Below are positions 9,582 through 19,517 of a stretch of 64,000 bases of DNA, one piece after another. This stretch comes from an uncultured Gemmatimonadales bacterium. Its GTDB lineage: Bacteria > Gemmatimonadota > Gemmatimonadetes > Palauibacterales > Palauibacteraceae. How positions within the stretch are numbered: the stretch's first letter is position 1; every line of letters begins with the position of its first letter. A model generated the notes under the pieces. The model saw only the letters and a program-made list of their open reading frames with translations. It did not search any database and was not told the DNA's origin. The position numbers and the translations under genes were made by a program. The stretch covers positions 15,415 to 79,414 of the forward strand of contig CAMYMV010000018.1 of assembly GCA_947259585.1 (NCBI GenBank), given 5' to 3'.

Positions 9582-11051
9582 GTGAACGCCAGAGACCGCG
9601 TTGTCCGGCTCTACGAGCGCCACTACGGGGTCCGTCCGGCCCATGTCCACGATGTCGCGGCGGACGGCTCGGCGCGTCGCTACTATCGTCTCCCGACGCC
9701 CGAATCGGGCACGGTTATCGGCGGATACGGCCCCGACCGGGGCGAGAACCGCGCGTTCCTCTCCTTCTCCGCGACGTTGCACGAGGCCGGGCTTCCCGTC
9801 CCCGGGATCCTGGCGGTGAACCGCCGGCAGGGTACGTGGCTGGAAGACGACCTGGGAGACACGACGTTGTTCGACCTGCTCGCCGAGGCGCGCAGGGCCG
9901 GGGCACAGGGGCCCGATACGGAGGAGGCGTTCCCGGAGGAGGCGCTTGCCGTCTACCGGCGGGTGATCGAGCTGTTACCGCGGTTCCAGGTCGAGGGTGG
10001 GCGCATCCTCAACTTCCGCGTCGCGTATCCTCGCCGGGCCTTCGACCGCCAGTCGATGCTCTGGGACCTGAACTACTTCAAGTACCATTTTCTCAAGCTG
10101 GCCCACGTGCCCTTCGATGAGGCCAGGCTGGAGCGCGACTTCGGGAAGCTCGTGCGGTTCCTGCTCGAGGCGCCGCGGGATCATTTCATGTACCGCGACT
10201 TCCAATCCCGGAACATCATGGTGGTGGAGGGCGAGCCCTGGTTCATCGACTACCAGGGCGGCCGGCGCGGTGCGCTGCAGTATGATCTGGCCTCGCTGCT
10301 CTACGATGCGAAGGCCGATCTGCCGCCCGCGGTGCGTGCCGAGCTTCTCGAGTGCTACCTGGGCACGCTCGAGGGAATGGTGCCGGTGGATCGCGAGGCG
10401 TTCCACGGCTACTACCGGGGTTTCGTTCTCATCCGGATCATGCAGGCGCTCGGCGCCTACGGGTACAGGGGCTTCTTCGAGCGCAAGCCTCGCTTTCTGC
10501 AGAGCGTTCCCTTCGCGGCCCGTAATCTCGATGCGCTTCTCGAGGAAGGCTTGCCCCTCGCGCTCCCCGAGATCGAATCGACGTTCTCGCGCATCGTGGA
10601 GCGCTGGGCGGGACCGGAGTCGTCGACCCAGGAGGCGCCCGGGCTCTCGCTCCGGGTGGCCAGCTTCAGCTACCGGAACGGGTATCCCGAGGATACAAGC
10701 AGCCACGGGGGCGGCTACGTCTTCGATTGTCGCGGGATCCCGAACCCGGGGCGGCTGGCCGAGTTCGTGGGCCAGACCGGGCTGGATGAGCCGGTGGTCG
10801 AGTTCTTGGCAGCTCGCCCCGAGACGGGAGCGTTCTGGGACGGAGTGAGGCGGCTGGTGGAGGTCCACATCGACGCCTACCGGCAGCGCGGCTTCACCAG
10901 CCTCAGCATCAGCTTCGGCTGCACGGGAGGACAGCACCGGTCGGTCTACTTTGCCGAGAGGCTGGCCCGACACGTTCGAGAGATCAACCCGGATGTGAAC
11001 GTCATCCTGCGGCACCGGGAGAGGCACGGCTGGCCCGGGGCCGGGCCCTGA
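9582..11051 (+). CDS. AmgK-like aminoglycoside phosphotransferase-family kinase fused to a RapZ C-terminal domain
   Basis: DGSARRYYR, YRDFQSRNIM, IDYQ; C-terminal SFSY...FDCRGIPNP...GCTGGQHRSV; start GTG 9582 inferred. Confidence 0.85.
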   Translation: MNARDRVVRLYERHYGVRPAHVHDVAADGSARRYYRLPTPESGTVIGGYGPDRGENRAFLSFSATLHEAGLPVPGILAVNRRQGTWLEDDLGDTTLFDLLAEARRAGAQGPDTEEAFPEEALAVYRRVIELLPRFQVEGGRILNFRVAYPRRAFDRQSMLWDLNYFKYHFLKLAHVPFDEARLERDFGKLVRFLLEAPRDHFMYRDFQSRNIMVVEGEPWFIDYQGGRRGALQYDLASLLYDAKADLPPAVRAELLECYLGTLEGMVPVDREAFHGYYRGFVLIRIMQALGAYGYRGFFERKPRFLQSVPFAARNLDALLEEGLPLALPEIESTFSRIVERWAGPESSTQEAPGLSLRVASFSYRNGYPEDTSSHGGGYVFDCRGIPNPGRLAEFVGQTGLDEPVVEFLAARPETGAFWDGVRRLVEVHIDAYRQRGFTSLSISFGCTGGQHRSVYFAERLARHVREINPDVNVILRHRERHGWPGAGP

Positions 11052-11081
11052 GCAGCCGCGTGCCTCGCCGTCCATGATGCC

Positions 11082-11773
11082 ATGATGGAGGCGATGATCC
11101 TCGCCGCGGGCGTCGGCGAACGGCTCAGACCGCTCACCCAACACGCTCCGAAAGCGCTGGTGGAGGTTGCCGGCGTTCCCATGCTCGAGAGGGTGGCTCG
11201 CCGGTTGATCGATGCCGGGGCCGATCGGCTGGTCATCAACGTCCACCACCACGCCGACCAGATCGAGGAGTACGTCAGGCGAAAGGGGAGCTTCGGCGTG
11301 GAGATACGGTTCTCCCCGGAGGAAGGAGCGCCTCTCGAGACCGGCGGGGGGCTGTTGGCGGCCGCGCCGCTCTTCGAGCAGGACCAGCCGTTCCTGCTGC
11401 ACAACGTCGACGTCATCTCGGATGGACCCTCGCCGTCAACCGCCGCGAGACCACCCGGCCCCTGCTCGTCGACGAACACGGCTTCCGTGGACTGGCGAAC
11501 TTGCGGACCGGGTGGCGAGCCGAAGCTCGCTCGGAGGCCGGACGCACCGAGGAGATCGGCTTCGCGGGCATCCACGTCCTTTCGCCGGAGATCTTCGAGC
11601 TGATGACGGAGCGTGGACGGTTCTCGATCATGGACGTCTATCTCAGGCTGGCCGAAGAGGGCCATGCCATCGAGACGTTCGACATGAGCGACGCCCTGTG
11701 GCTGGAGGTGGGCGACCCCGTTCGCCTCGCGAACGCCAACGCGGTCATGATGCGCCTCCCGCCTCACCGGTGA
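11082..11773 (+). pseudogene. MurU-like nucleotidyltransferase with internal deletion and frameshift near 11424
   Basis: AMILAAGVGERLRP...HNVDVISD in one frame; TLAVNRRETTRPLL...FAGIHVLSP...WLEVG continues in another frame. Confidence 0.75.
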
Positions 11774-12876
11774 GCCCTAACGATCTCCAGCGCCGGCTCC
11801 GTGCCGCGGCGCTCGGCCTGGGCTTCGACCAGGTCGGCTTCGCGCCCGCGTCCGAGCCGCCCAACGCCGCCGCTTATCTGGCCTGGCTGGAGAGAGGCTG
11901 GCACGGCGAGATGTCCTACATGGCCCGGGAGGATGCCGTGCGCCGCCGGCTCGATCCCGGGCAGGCGCTGCCCGGCTGCAGAACGATCGTCGTCGTCAGC
12001 CTCAGCTACGCGCGCCTCGATCCGGGGATTCCCGAGGGCACGGAGAAACCGGTCGTCGCACGCTACGCCCGTGGTCGGGATTACCACGGCCTGTTCGAGG
12101 AGAGGTTGGCGGCTCTGGCGGAGCTCGTGGAAGAGCTGGAGCCGGATGCGCGCACGCGGCCATACGTGGACTACGGCCCCGTCCTGGAGCGCGACCACGC
12201 CCAACGCGCGGGTCTCGGCTGGATCGGCAAGAACACGTTGCTCATCGATCCGACCCTCGGGTCGTACCTTCTGCTCGGAGCCCTGCTCACCACCCTCGAG
12301 GTCCCGCCGGACGACGCGTTCACGGAGGATCGCTGCGGCAGCTGCGCCCGTTGCATCGACGCCTGTCCGACCCGCGCCATCCGGTGGCCGCGCGGCCTCG
12401 ATGCTCGCCTCTGCATCAGCTACCTGACCATCGAGCTGCGCGGCTCGATTCCCGTCGAGCTCCGCCCGCTCATCGGGAACCGGATCTTCGGCTGCGACAT
12501 CTGCCAGGAGGTATGCCCCTGGAACGACGGCGCGCCGGCGGGCAGCACGGAGGAGTTGGGAGCCGCACGTCCGGGCGGAGCGGACACCGCGGCTCGAGGG
12601 GCGATGCCCGGGCGCCCGGTTCCGCCGGAACGGATGCTCGAGTGGGCGGAGGAGCTTCTCGAGCTCTCCGATGAGGCATATCGAAGCCGCTACCGTGAAA
12701 CGGCCTTTGCGCGGCCCGGCCGGAGCGGCATGCTCCGCAACCTGTGCGTCGGTCTCGGGAACAGCGGTCGCCCGGAGGCGGTCCCTCTTCTTCACCGCTG
12801 CCTCGAGGATCGCTCGGAGCTCGTCGGGGAACACGCGGCCTGGGCGCTGCAGCGCCTGGAGGCCACGTCGGCGTGA
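11770..12876 (+). CDS. queG: Epoxyqueuosine reductase
   Basis: RYARGRDYH, GWIGKN, CGSCARCIDACPT, CISYLTIE, GCDICQEVCPWN. Confidence 0.95.
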   Translation: MSPNDLQRRLRAAALGLGFDQVGFAPASEPPNAAAYLAWLERGWHGEMSYMAREDAVRRRLDPGQALPGCRTIVVVSLSYARLDPGIPEGTEKPVVARYARGRDYHGLFEERLAALAELVEELEPDARTRPYVDYGPVLERDHAQRAGLGWIGKNTLLIDPTLGSYLLLGALLTTLEVPPDDAFTEDRCGSCARCIDACPTRAIRWPRGLDARLCISYLTIELRGSIPVELRPLIGNRIFGCDICQEVCPWNDGAPAGSTEELGAARPGGADTAARGAMPGRPVPPERMLEWAEELLELSDEAYRSRYRETAFARPGRSGMLRNLCVGLGNSGRPEAVPLLHRCLEDRSELVGEHAAWALQRLEATSA

Positions 12877-12907
12877 CCCGCGCGCGCCCTGTCGACCCAA
12901 TTGCCAC

Positions 12908-12936
12908 TTGACCCTATGCCCTTACCTGCCTAGCTT
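12908..12936 (+). promoter_or_regulatory. Sigma70-type promoter of the oxidase/ZIP operon
   Basis: TTGACC-17 bp-TAGCTT. Confidence 0.55.
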
Positions 12937-12946
12937 GGAACCCAGG

Positions 12947-12962
12947 TTTAGTCTAATCTAAA
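12947..12962. promoter_or_regulatory. DtxR/MntR-family operator-like palindrome
   Basis: TTTAG-TCTAAT-CTAAA, AT-rich, just downstream of the putative -10. Confidence 0.6.
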
Positions 12963-13028
12963 AATGAGCCTCAGGGTGCCGCAGTAGCCTCGAGCGGGTG
13001 CTGACGGCGGGAACGAGGCGGGTAAGAG

Positions 13029-14108
13029 ATGATGGGTCCGAAAACGATGAGCCGGCGGGACTGGCTGAAGCTGGGTGGGGTCGGAGTGGCCGGGCTCTCG
13101 GGCACATCGGTCCTGGCCCTGGCGCGGCGCGGAGGCGCTGCAGCCGCCCTGGAGCACGCCGGCGTCCAGGAGGCGATCCATTCGCCGACGGAACTGGCTC
13201 AGCTCAGGATGGGTGTCTTCGGGGATCACCCTCCGGCCGACGGGTTCGACCCCGACGCCTTCCTGTTCGATTTCGACTACGGGGACGTATCCCGCGACGA
13301 GGCCGGTCGCACGGTCCGCGAGTACGAGATCGTCGCGGTGGATCGCGAGATCGAGGTGGCTCCGGGCGTCTGGTTTCCCGCCTGGACGTACAACGGCCGC
13401 GTTCCGGGCCCCACGCTCCGGTGCACCGAGGGCGACCTGCTTCGAATCCGTTTCTCCAACGCCGGTTCACACCCCCACACGATCCACTTCCACGGCACCC
13501 ACCCACCCGCCATGGATGGGGTGTTCCCGATCGTCGAGCCGGGTGAGCGGTTCACGTACGAGTTTCCGGCGAAGCCGTTCGGCGTCCACCCGTATCACTG
13601 TCATGCGATCCCGCTGAAGAGGCACATCCACAAGGGACTCTACGGGACGCTGATCGTGGATCCTCCCGGTGGACGCTCGCCCGCCCGCGAGCTCGTCATG
13701 GTGATGAACGGCTTCGACACCAACTTCGACGGGGAGAACGAGGTCTACGCCGTCAACACGGCCGCCTTCTACTACCAAACGCACCCGATCCGCGTCGGCG
13801 TCGGCGAGCCCGTCCGCATCTATCTGGTGAACCTGACCGAGTTCGATCCGATCAACTCGCTGCACCTGCACGCCGGGATGTTCCGGTACTACCGGACCGG
13901 GACGCGCCCGGATCAGTACGAGCTCACCGACACGATCATGCTCTGTCAGGGGGAGAGGGGCATCGTCGAGCTGGAGCTGGAGAACCCCGGGTTGCACATG
14001 GTCCACGCCCACCAGAGCGAGTTCGCCGAGCTCGGCTGGATGAGCTTTATCGACGCCGTGCCGCACCTCGCGGCCGAGGACGGCGTCCCGGTCCACCGGT
14101 ATGTCTGA
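13029..14108 (+). CDS. Tat-exported two-domain multicopper oxidase
   Basis: SRRDWLK Tat motif; HTIHFH, YHCH, LHLH, HAH copper motifs. Confidence 0.88.
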   Translation: MMGPKTMSRRDWLKLGGVGVAGLSGTSVLALARRGGAAAALEHAGVQEAIHSPTELAQLRMGVFGDHPPADGFDPDAFLFDFDYGDVSRDEAGRTVREYEIVAVDREIEVAPGVWFPAWTYNGRVPGPTLRCTEGDLLRIRFSNAGSHPHTIHFHGTHPPAMDGVFPIVEPGERFTYEFPAKPFGVHPYHCHAIPLKRHIHKGLYGTLIVDPPGGRSPARELVMVMNGFDTNFDGENEVYAVNTAAFYYQTHPIRVGVGEPVRIYLVNLTEFDPINSLHLHAGMFRYYRTGTRPDQYELTDTIMLCQGERGIVELELENPGLHMVHAHQSEFAELGWMSFIDAVPHLAAEDGVPVHRYV

Positions 14109-15336
14109 CGCGCCGAGATCTCCCGGTTCGGCTCCGGGCTCGGAACCGGGGAGGGGGCGCAGCGGACGCCGCGTCCTGCTCGGACTCGCTCCCCTCCTCC
14201 TGCTGGGGGCCCTCGTCGCCGTCTTCGTGTTCGCAGATCCGGCCAGCGTGCTCCGGGCGGGCTTCCCTCCGATCGAGGAGCTGACGATCGAGCGGGTGAC
14301 GCTGCCGGAGCCGGGCCTCATGCGGATCCACGTCGTGAACGGGGGGCCCGAAGCGGTGACCGTGGCCCAGGTCATGGTCGACGACGCCTACTGGCAGCAC
14401 GAGATCGACGGAGAGCGAACGATCCCGCGGCTCGGCAGGGCTACGATCGCGCTGAACTACCCATGGGTGGAGGGTGAGCCGCACGAGGTCGTGCTCGTGA
14501 GCTCTACCGGGCTCACGTTCGCTCACGAGGTGGAGGTCGCCACCCAGACGCCGCGCCCATCCGCCCGCTTCTTCGGGATCTTCGCCCTGTTGGGAATCTA
14601 CGTGGGGCTGGTGCCGGTGCTCATCGGCCTGCTCTGGTACCCGTTCCTGCGTGACGTCAGCAGACGATGGCTCCACTTCTTCCTCAGCCTGACGATCGGG
14701 CTTCTCGTCTTCCTCGGGGCCGACGCCCTGAACGAGGCTCTGGAGACGGCCGACGTGGTTCCGGAGGCCTTTCAGGGGGTGGGCCTCGTCGTGCTCGGCG
14801 CGCTGGGCAGCTTTCTCGCGCTTCGAGCCCTGTCCAGCGCTCGGCGGGGGCGCCGGGGTCCCGAGGCGGAAGACGATGCGACCGACAGGCTCGGGATCGC
14901 CTACCTGATCGCTCTCGGCATCGGTCTGCACAACCTCGGGGAGGGCCTGGCGATCGGCTCGGCGTACGCGCTGGGCGAGATCGCCCTGGGCAGCTTCCTG
15001 GTGATCGGGTTCGCGCTTCACAACACGACGGAGGGGCTCGCGATCGTTGCCCCGGTCGCGGCGGACCGTCCACCGATCCGGCACCTCCTGGCGATGGGCG
15101 CGATCGCCGGGCTGCCGACGATCGCGGGAACATGGATCGGGGGCTTCTCCTACTCTCCGATCGCCGCCACGCTGTTCCTCGCCGTCGGCGCCGGCGCCAT
15201 TCTGGAGGTCGTGTACGAGATCGCGGCGATGATGCGGCGCCAGCAGCCCGCCGGGCTCTTCGCCCCCCTGAACGCCACCGGTCTGGCCTTGGGCATGCTC
15301 GTGATGTACGGAACGGCCCTGCTCGTCGTGGCCTGA
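14101..15336 (+). CDS. ZIP-family metal transporter with N-terminal extracytoplasmic domain
   Basis: HNLGEGLAIG and HNTTEGLAI ZIP signatures. Confidence 0.88.
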   Translation: MSDAPRSPGSAPGSEPGRGRSGRRVLLGLAPLLLLGALVAVFVFADPASVLRAGFPPIEELTIERVTLPEPGLMRIHVVNGGPEAVTVAQVMVDDAYWQHEIDGERTIPRLGRATIALNYPWVEGEPHEVVLVSSTGLTFAHEVEVATQTPRPSARFFGIFALLGIYVGLVPVLIGLLWYPFLRDVSRRWLHFFLSLTIGLLVFLGADALNEALETADVVPEAFQGVGLVVLGALGSFLALRALSSARRGRRGPEAEDDATDRLGIAYLIALGIGLHNLGEGLAIGSAYALGEIALGSFLVIGFALHNTTEGLAIVAPVAADRPPIRHLLAMGAIAGLPTIAGTWIGGFSYSPIAATLFLAVGAGAILEVVYEIAAMMRRQQPAGLFAPLNATGLALGMLVMYGTALLVVA

Positions 15337-15366
15337 GGCCACGCGAGGCCAACCCGGTTTACCTCG

Positions 15367-15834
15367 TCAGAAGAGGCGGCCGAGCCAATCCGCCACCCGC
15401 CTCAGCTCCCGCTCATCCTCGGGGGTGAAGGCGCCGGGCCTGTCGCTGTCGAGGTCAATCTGGCCGTGGATCCGCCCTGACACGGGGTCCGAGATCAGTA
15501 CCACGAGCTCGGCGCGGGTCTCCACCGAACAGGCCAGGTAGTTCTCGAGCTCGCGGACGTCCGGCACGTTGATATCGCGTCGCTCGGCGACGGCCGAGCC
15601 GCAGACCCCCACGCCGACCGGAATCCGTGAGTGCTCCGTCGGCCGCCCGACGTAGTTGTGCAGGGTGAGCATGTCGCCGTCCAGCAGGTAGATCCCCACC
15701 CAGTCGTATCGCGGCTCGGAGGCCTCGATCGCTCGGACCGCCGCCTCGAGCAGCTCGTCCTGCGACGCCCCCCGTGCCTGCGCCGCCTCGAGGTCGCCAA
15801 TCACCGTCGCGACGGAGGTGGGCTCACTACCCAC
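15367..15834 (-). CDS. GAF domain protein (free methionine-R-sulfoxide reductase-like)
   Basis: DWVGIY, GVGVCG, YLACS.ETRAELVV, DLDS; start GTG 15834 inferred. Confidence 0.8.
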   Translation of the reverse strand: MGSEPTSVATVIGDLEAAQARGASQDELLEAAVRAIEASEPRYDWVGIYLLDGDMLTLHNYVGRPTEHSRIPVGVGVCGSAVAERRDINVPDVRELENYLACSVETRAELVVLISDPVSGRIHGQIDLDSDRPGAFTPEDERELRRVADWLGRLF

Positions 15835-16426
15835 CGGCACGCTCGTCTCCCGGCTCCCCGCCGGCTTCGCCCTCCGGAGACCACGGTTCGGAATCAACCG
15901 CCGATTCTGGCTCGAGGGTCGATTCCGGCTCCGGCGCCGCCTCCGGCTCCGGCTCAGGCTCGGGCTCCGGTACGGCTACCGGCTCTGGTTGCGGAGGAGG
16001 CTGGGCCGCGGCGAGGCGCTGCATCCGGCTGTCGACGGCGGCGAGCCCGGGTCCACCCAGGAGCATTGAGAGCAGGCCGGCGATCAGAAGGAGATTGAAC
16101 TCATAGCCGCCGGCGGCGTTCGGACCGAGGACGAAGAAGCCATTCGGGATGTGGACGAGGATGATGCCGACCAACATGTGCACGGCAAGCAGGACCGCCG
16201 TCGGCACTACAAACAGGCCCACGATGAGGAACATCCCCCCGACGAACTCGAGCAGAGTGATCACCCACCCGGCCAGAAGGGGAAGTGGGATGCCGAGGCT
16301 ACCGAAGAACTCCACCGTTCCGCCCACGCCACCGAACAACTTGATGCCGCCGTGAGCCACGAAGATGAGGCCGAGCACTATCCGCAGGATCATCTGCCCC
16401 AGCCCTGGATTTAATGGCTTCTTCAT
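15827..16426 (-). CDS. DoxX family membrane protein with Pro-Glu-rich tail
   Basis: LRIVLGLIFVAHG..K, GYEFNLLL, GPG; (PE)n tail. Confidence 0.88.
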   Translation of the reverse strand: MKKPLNPGLGQMILRIVLGLIFVAHGGIKLFGGVGGTVEFFGSLGIPLPLLAGWVITLLEFVGGMFLIVGLFVVPTAVLLAVHMLVGIILVHIPNGFFVLGPNAAGGYEFNLLLIAGLLSMLLGGPGLAAVDSRMQRLAAAQPPPQPEPVAVPEPEPEPEPEAAPEPESTLEPESAVDSEPWSPEGEAGGEPGDERAGG

Positions 16427-16482
16427 TCCGGAACCTCCATCGTGTGAACCGTATTGAGCGCACTCGGCGACGCGCCCGAGCT

Positions 16483-17001
16483 CTACACGTCGATGACACG
16501 CCCTCGTCGAGGCTCATGCTCGGCCCCGCCCGCTCCAGGCCACTCGGCAGCATCGGACAACTCATCCGGACCGGCCCCTTGCGTCCCGCTGCCCGGTTGT
16601 GAGGAGGTCTCGTGCACCCAGAAACGCATGTCACCCGACTGAATGCCACGGTCGATCCTGCTCCTCACCCTGCGGATCATGGCCGCTCGAACCGGACGGA
16701 TCAACAGCAGGAGCCCGAACGCATCGGTAAAAACGCCCGGGGTGACGAGGAGCACGCCGGCAATGACGACCACGAGGGCATGCAGCAGCTCTTCGGCCGG
16801 CAGGCGGCCGGCGGCGAGCTCGGATTGGACGGCGCTCCAGCTGCGAAACCCCTCTCGCCGGGCGAGCCACGCTCCCGCGGCGCCGGTCCCGAGGACGAGG
16901 AGAATCGTGGGTCCCGCTCCGATCAGGCTTCCCAGGCGGATGAGCGCGTAGAGCTCGAGCAGCGGGACGAGCGTGAAGAGCAGAAAAAGCCGCAGGAACA
17001 A
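16483..17001 (-). CDS. fxsA: FxsA family protein
   Basis: VPLLE, GVLLVTPGVFTDAFG. Confidence 0.88.
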   Translation of the reverse strand: MFLRLFLLFTLVPLLELYALIRLGSLIGAGPTILLVLGTGAAGAWLARREGFRSWSAVQSELAAGRLPAEELLHALVVVIAGVLLVTPGVFTDAFGLLLLIRPVRAAMIRRVRSRIDRGIQSGDMRFWVHETSSQPGSGTQGAGPDELSDAAEWPGAGGAEHEPRRGRVIDV

Positions 17002-17063
17002 GCTACCGCCCGGCCGGAGAGTGCGGAGCGTGCGGAGTTATCGGGTGCAGCGCGGTCACCGTG

Positions 17064-17411
17064 TCAGTATCCGAGTGCCGCGCGGACCTTGGGGTCGATG
17101 CGGTCGGCCGTCCAGAAGGGTTTCCAGACGAGGTTGACCGTGGCGGACTCCACGCCCTCCACGGACTCGGCCGCAGTCTTGGCGCCTTCCATGATCTGCC
17201 CGCCCGCCGGGCAGCCCGGACTCGTGAGGGTCATCGTGACCGTCACCGCGCCAGCCTCCTCGTCGACGCCGTAGATGAGGCCCAGGTCGACGATATTCAG
17301 GCCGAGCTCCGGGTCCTTGACCGTCCGGAGCGCGTCGTTCACGAGGTCCGCTATCCCGGCGTCGCCGGTCGAAGCCTCGTTCGTGTCCATCGGGGTCTCG
17401 CCCGTATCCAT
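17064..17411 (-). CDS. Metal-sulfur cluster assembly factor (DUF59/SufT-like)
   Basis: VKDPELGLNIVDLGLIY, MTLTSPGCP. Confidence 0.9.
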   Translation of the reverse strand: MDTGETPMDTNEASTGDAGIADLVNDALRTVKDPELGLNIVDLGLIYGVDEEAGAVTVTMTLTSPGCPAGGQIMEGAKTAAESVEGVESATVNLVWKPFWTADRIDPKVRAALGY

Positions 17412-17479
17412 CGTTGAATGCCTCCGCTCAGGGTCTGCTGTCCCGGACTCTACATGTACAGGTGTACATGCAGAGATGT

Positions 17480-18724
17480 TCAGGCATGGGTCTGGGATGT
17501 CACGTTTTCCAGCTCGCGCTCCATCTCCTCGAGCTTTTCGTACGCCGAATCCATGACGGGGCGTTCCCGAACGAGCTCCCGGCACGCCTCCAGGCGATCG
17601 GTGGCGTTGATCAGAACCAGGCCCGCCAGTTTCCCGTTCTGGCCGCACACCACGATGCTCCGTTCTGAGCTTAGCTCTCCCAGCACGCGAACGTCATCGG
17701 CGTCCGCCGGACGGCCGAGCACGCTGAAGCCGAGGTCGAACACATCCGAGTAGAAGTACGAGACGTGGTCGAAGGGCTCACCAGCCCCGGCCATGTTCCG
17801 CCCGACCACCTTTCCGTGGGTCCTGGCGTGATCCCAATGCTCGAGGCGCGGCGTGTCGCCGAAGACCGAGTCCGGAAAGCGCGCCAGATCACCCGTCGCG
17901 TAGATGTGGCCATGGCTGGTTTCGCCGAACCGATCCACGATCACACCGTCCAGCACAGCCAGGCCCGCTTCTCCGGCAAGCTCCTCGTTCGGGCGGAGGC
18001 CCACTCCGATTACCGCGAGGTCACAGGCCACCTGGGTACCGTTCGCGAGTCGAGCCCCCTCCAGACGCTCCGAGCCCAGGAGCTCCTCCACCTCTGCATC
18101 GAGCTCGAAGCGGATGCCCCTCTCCTCGAAGTATCCCTGCACGAAGTACGAGAGGACCGGCGGCAGCATCTCCGACCAGACGCGGCTCTCGCGCTCGACG
18201 ATCGTGGATGCGACGTCGAATCGGGTGAGCGAGGCGGCCAGTTCCATTCCAATGAAACCGGCGCCGATCAGAAGCGCCGAATCGGCCTCCGCGGCGCGAT
18301 CACGGAGTCTCTCGGCGTCCGCGACCGTGCGAAAGCTGGACACGCCGTCCAGCTCCGTGCCGGGAATTGCGAGGGAGCGAGGCCGCCCGCCCGTGGCCAG
18401 CAGAATCCTCGCCCCGTGATAGGTCTCATCCGCCGCCGTGCCGATCGCCATCTCCTTCGGATCCAGCGACGTGGCCCGCACGCCGTTGAGCAGGGTGACC
18501 TTCGCGTCCTTCTCGAACCAGCCTTCCGGCTTGACGTGCAGGAGGTCTCGGGTCGCTTCCGGCGTTTGGAGGAACTCCTTGGAGAGAGGCGGACGGTGAT
18601 ACGGCGGTTCGCTCTCGTTGGCCAGAATGGCGATGCTGCCCTCGGCGTCCAGGCTGCGTATGCCGTCGACGGCCGAAGCGGCGGCGAGCCCGCCGCCCAC
18701 GATCAGGTAATCGAAACTCTGCAA
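17480..18724 (-). CDS. FAD-dependent NAD(P)H ferredoxin reductase-like oxidoreductase
   Basis: GGGLAA, PYHRPPLSK, GAGFIGMELA, EHW, YFYSD; start uncertain (TTG 18724 or 18790). Confidence 0.88.
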   Translation of the reverse strand: MQSFDYLIVGGGLAAASAVDGIRSLDAEGSIAILANESEPPYHRPPLSKEFLQTPEATRDLLHVKPEGWFEKDAKVTLLNGVRATSLDPKEMAIGTAADETYHGARILLATGGRPRSLAIPGTELDGVSSFRTVADAERLRDRAAEADSALLIGAGFIGMELAASLTRFDVASTIVERESRVWSEMLPPVLSYFVQGYFEERGIRFELDAEVEELLGSERLEGARLANGTQVACDLAVIGVGLRPNEELAGEAGLAVLDGVIVDRFGETSHGHIYATGDLARFPDSVFGDTPRLEHWDHARTHGKVVGRNMAGAGEPFDHVSYFYSDVFDLGFSVLGRPADADDVRVLGELSSERSIVVCGQNGKLAGLVLINATDRLEACRELVRERPVMDSAYEKLEEMERELENVTSQTHA

Positions 18725-18803
18725 AGTCGGATCCTTTCGGAGTCGTTGCTCGTGTGACTCTCCTACGTACGCGCGGCCTCGCGGATCCATATTCCGTGAA
18801 GCT

Positions 18804-19517
18804 TCATGGATCGATCGGTCGTATCTCGACCTCGCTCACCGTTGCGCGGTCCGAGATGCGGATGGCCGTGAGCACCAGGTCCGCCACGTCATCGGCGTCG
18901 AGGACCTTTGCGCCCCTCGGGGTGCGGTGGCCCTCCTCCCCGAAGAACGGCGTGTCTACGGAGCCCGGGCACACGCACAGCACGCGCACGCCGTGCTCCC
19001 GCAGGTCCAACATCATGGAGGCGGACATGCCGAGGAGCGCGTGCTTCGATGCTGCGTACACCGAGCCGGTGCGGAAGGGATGTTTCCCGGCAAGGGACGC
19101 GATGTTCACCACGACTCCATCCCCGGCCTCGACCATGTCGGGGATGAAACGCTTGGAGCACAGGAATGGCCCTCTGACGTTGACGGCGAAGGTCCGGTCG
19201 TAGTCGTCCAGCGTGAGGTCCAGGAAGCTCCCGAACCGGCCCACCCCGGCGTTGTTGACCAGCACGCTGGTCCGACCGAGCTCCCGTTCCACACCTGTGG
19301 CGAATCGCTCGACCTCCTCCTCCCGGGACACGTCGGTCGGAATTGCCACCACCTTCGCTCCCGCGGCCCGCAGCTCGGTCGCCGCCTTCTCCAGGCGGGC
19401 CTTGTCGCGGGCGCAGATCCCGAGGCAGGAGCCGGCCTCGGCCAGCTTGCCGGCGATCGCTCTGCCGATTCCGGTGCTGGCTCCCGTGACGACCACCGTA
19501 CGCCCTCGGAGCTCCAC
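18804..19517 (-). CDS. Short-chain dehydrogenase/reductase
   Basis: TGASTGIG, NNAG, YAASK. Confidence 0.93.
   Translation of the reverse strand: MELRGRTVVVTGASTGIGRAIAGKLAEAGSCLGICARDKARLEKAATELRAAGAKVVAIPTDVSREEEVERFATGVERELGRTSVLVNNAGVGRFGSFLDLTLDDYDRTFAVNVRGPFLCSKRFIPDMVEAGDGVVVNIASLAGKHPFRTGSVYAASKHALLGMSASMMLDLREHGVRVLCVCPGSVDTPFFGEEGHRTPRGAKVLDADDVADLVLTAIRISDRATVSEVEIRPIDP

Noticed and set aside
9582-11051. Kinase-RapZ C-terminal fusion as novel
   Set aside because: To my knowledge this fusion next to a nucleotidyltransferase is already known in other phyla such as Bacteroidota.
15920-15990. CTCCGG hexamer repeat
   Set aside because: Encodes the (PE)n linker of the DoxX protein.
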